In this document: piece by piece, positions 60,805 through 64,000 of the stretch
Numbering within the stretch: the stretch's first letter is position 1
How the letters are laid out: each line of letters starts with the position of its first letter
Source of the DNA: Spizellomyces punctatus DAOM BR117
Taxonomy: Eukaryota
Assembly: GCA_000182565.2 (NCBI GenBank)
Contig: KQ257452.1
DNA: 64,000 bases
Direction: 5' to 3' (one strand)
Made by a program: the position numbers and the translations under genes
The notes under the pieces: generated by a model
Seen by the model: only the letters and a program-made list of their open reading frames with translations
Database searches by the model: none
Told to the model about the DNA's origin: nothing

Positions 60805-63553
60805 ATGAATGACTCACCAGCTGTTCGGAGCGATTCTCAGTCTCCTGGTCACAGTCGGGGGCCAGATAAGAAAAGACAAACTCAAGCATGTGGTAGGTTT
60901 TAACTGGGAACTCAGAAGTATCATGTCATACTTGGTTTCTCATTAACATTGCCACGTTCTCTTTGCAAATAGATGGATGCCGGTCGAAGAAACGTCGCTG
61001 TGATGGGCTACGACCTGTTTGCACACAGTGTCTAAAGTCTAGAGTCCGCGATGGGGAAACCATCAAGTGCACATATCTCACAGCCACGAAAAAGCGTGGA
61101 CCTCGGCGGGGCTATCGAAGTGAACTCATCGAAAGGCTCACCACACTGGAAAAGATGATTCTCCCCGAGCAAGGAAAGGATTCGCAGATGGAACCTACGA
61201 TGGTTCCAGTGGCCCAGGGACAATTGAAAGAACTGAGAGCGATGATGGGAAAGAATAATACTGTTGTCAGCGACATTAGACCGACCATTGATGTGGCAGA
61301 AGAAGGTGACGAAATGGGTGGGCTGGAAATGCCGTCACCTGATAGCGGGTTCTCAGGATCGTCGTCAGATTCGCCTGAAGGTCTGGAAATGGCGTATGGA
61401 AGTTTCCCGATAATCCAGCAGACTGCACCCTTTGATATCTATAATGGCACACATGCGGATAGAAGTATCGTAACAGACCTTGGGATGGCGCCTCCTCTGA
61501 CTGCAACTGAAGAGGAGGAACCCTCAAACGCAGAGCCGATGTTTGGGGAATTGGAGACGATACTTGGGATCGGAGGACAAGAAGCGCCTGTTTTTCCTTC
61601 TCTGTCGGCAAGTCCCAGATCCAAAATTTGGGAATTGAGTGGATTAATTGGTGAGTTGGTGCATTGTAGTCTAGTGTACACATTTTTGGCTAATGACGAT
61701 ATTTTAGATTCCAACGATGCGTTTCCCTCTTTTGTTTTTGATGGGGAAACCTTTCAAGACCTTGGTTTCAACATACCTAGCCCAACCTCGACCAATCTTA
61801 CGCCCTCGTATGCACCGTCTGTGGATCTCTACACGCATCTTCGTCATCTCGGATCCGCCATGCGGACTATCGAGCTTCCTAATGCGCCGCTTGTCCAGGA
61901 TGCAAACGACTTATATCATCCTGCAATGATGAATGTCCTGTATGCCAATGGTGCAAAGCTGTCCGCCCATCCTGATCTGATTACGCAATACGGATCGAGG
62001 GCAAATGCGATCAAAACTTTTGTACTGAGAGCAGAAGAAGCATTGATGTCCAAAGGAGTGGACGTCTCAGTTGGAATGATACAAGCTATGCTGATGCTAG
62101 GAGGCCTGTACTATGAGTTGGATGACGGATGGAAAGCTTGTAAATGGATTGGTGAGTATGCAGCGTCAATTTTAGACCCAGGTTTGCACTCCGTGACCAG
62201 CTAACGTTGCCTTCATGTCCAGTCGAGGCGTGCAACCTGTGCACAATCAAGCACTATGATCGGGCGATGCACCACATTGGAATTTATGCTGTCCTACATG
62301 GTCAGGATGAAGATCCTGTGGAGAAGCTTCCTGCTGAGTGTCGGGAGGCCCGCTGGGATACGTGGGCAACTGCACTTATATATGACTCGTATGCAGGGCT
62401 AGCGTCTGGTTTCCCATGTCTCATTGAGGAGGCGGATTATGTTGAACTCTTATACGACCGACGTCCATGGGAGGATGATATGGGGTACATGAGTCGTAAA
62501 CGAAGAGAGGAGGAGAATCAACGATCAAGGATAGCATCCGGCATGCCGGGTGCAACAATCTTCCATGACTCCGGGATGAGTGCTATGATAGAAGGACTAT
62601 TCGTAGGAGAAAATGGAAACCACGGGAGACCTGGGCAAGCTGCGATAGATTTTACTAGGATGATTCAAATCTGCTTTCTGCTAAGGAGGGTGTTACGACA
62701 TATTGCGCAGGTGGACGGGCGTAAGGGAGGGAGCAGCCTGGATCACGATATTGGTTTGGCTCGAGGTGCAGCGTCAGTGCTATCGTCGTTACCTGGGGAT
62801 AACGACACGAGATTATTGCACGAGTCTCTGGTACAATGGTTCTCGACGCTACCGGTCAGTTCCCGGGGGTTCGAAAGCTTGGCAGTCTTCAGAACGGGTG
62901 TGACGGGACCGGCTGCCGCGCCAGACGGGCATCATTGGACCCGGAACCCGACAATGATGCATTCCATCAGTCTTTTCTTGGTGGCTCTCGCCATTCTTCA
63001 TTATCCACGTCAGAACATTATTGACACGCAGCATAACACGACGGCCCATAAAATCTTCCGCATTGATTCTTTCGGCACTCAAGCCATCCGTGTGTCTGCT
63101 CCGCAAGTTGTCACATTGGTTCGAAGAGCATTGACACACCTGTTTCGATGCGCTTACGAAGACAAGCCCATTCCCTTATCACCTGCACCCCTTCGTACGA
63201 CCCCGGATTACAGCAATACTCTCCGGGATACGCCCTTCATTCCCACCCATCCTCCTCCACCGCCCCACCTTTGCATGTCTCCGATGATGGCGCTCGTCAC
63301 CCTCCTCATCATATGCGCGGAGCTGTCCTCCCCAGCCTCAGCTGCCATACTGCAGGAGTGTCTCAACGATGTTTCGACCGTTTTCCTACCTTTCTTGGAT
63401 AATCTGGGTCGAATCTATCCCATGAGTGTGCGATATGCCGCCAGGGTTAGAGCTGTGGTCGGAGGTGTGGTAGGTTGCTCGGTAGAGGTGGGTGTGTGGA
63501 AAGGCGTATGGGCTGCGGGGTGGGGTGTATGTGGGGCTGGGGTGTGTAGTTGA
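60805..63553 (+). CDS. Zn(II)2Cys6 fungal transcription factor
   Basis: QAC|DGCRSKKRRCDGLRPVCTQC-x12-CTY..KKRGP and a middle homology region (IQAMLML...REARWDTWATALIYD). Several introns. Confidence 0.9.
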
Positions 63554-64000
63554 CATATGGAATCAAACATGTAAATAAGGTCGTGCTGTCGTTCACCTAT
63601 ATAGAATCTAAATAGAGGTCTGAATTAGGGCTAATTCTTGCATAGTTCACGTTTTATCATGTATTTTGAGAACTCTTACGAGGTAACATTTACCTAGGCA
63701 ATTGAGACTGGAACAATGTAGCGTTTGGATCATTATCAAGTACGTGAGCGTTAATAGTTGTCTGGTCGATAGTAGACCTATGTAATGATGGGTCGCCGAC
63801 TTTACAGGGTGGCCCACTTGAAAAGCGTCTGACCCTGGTCGGGCCGGATGCATAATTCAACGGCAGCCATGATACTTTCAACTGATTTCATAGAACATGA
63901 AGCTAGCATGCAACCACCAATATATCACTTTTTCCCTCGCCTCAGAAATAGCCAGCCTCCACGGGCGCCTCTAATAGACTCGACACTCCCATCGACGGCA

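Noticed and set aside
1-64000. Prokaryotic-type systems (CRISPR, operons, IS), transposons, rRNA/tRNA, secondary-metabolite cluster
   Set aside because: No repeat-spacer array, transposase, RT, PKS/NRPS or structural RNA signature was recognised. The sequence is intron-containing eukaryotic DNA.

Overview
Gene-dense, intron-rich eukaryotic DNA, most likely from a zoosporic (chytrid-type) fungus. This is inferred from fungal markers (Zn2Cys6 TF, MedA-like TF, WSC protein, Tyr1, Avo2) occurring together with cilium-associated genes (PDE6D, calflagin-like EF-hand protein). About 32 protein-coding genes can be built from short GT-AG introns, mostly as divergent or convergent pairs. Coordinates are whole-gene spans from manual splicing, and some start codons are uncertain. 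No rRNA, tRNA, CRISPR array or transposase was recognised. Highlights: (1) a hidden two-exon 66-aa gene ending in a CaaX box (CYFL), absent from the ORF track, which could be a divergent G-gamma or a lipopeptide precursor; (2) a DhlA-like haloalkane dehalogenase whose nucleophile Asp is replaced by Gly; (3) a SUZ12/VEFS-box protein; (4) a Tra2/SR45a-like gene whose ATG is split by an intron; (5) recurring CACGTG and TGA(C/G)TCA motifs in the divergent promoters; (6) very tight tandem gene pairs that may be bicistronic; (7) an orphan 7TM receptor-like gene; (8) an aldonolactone oxidase lacking the FAD-attachment His.
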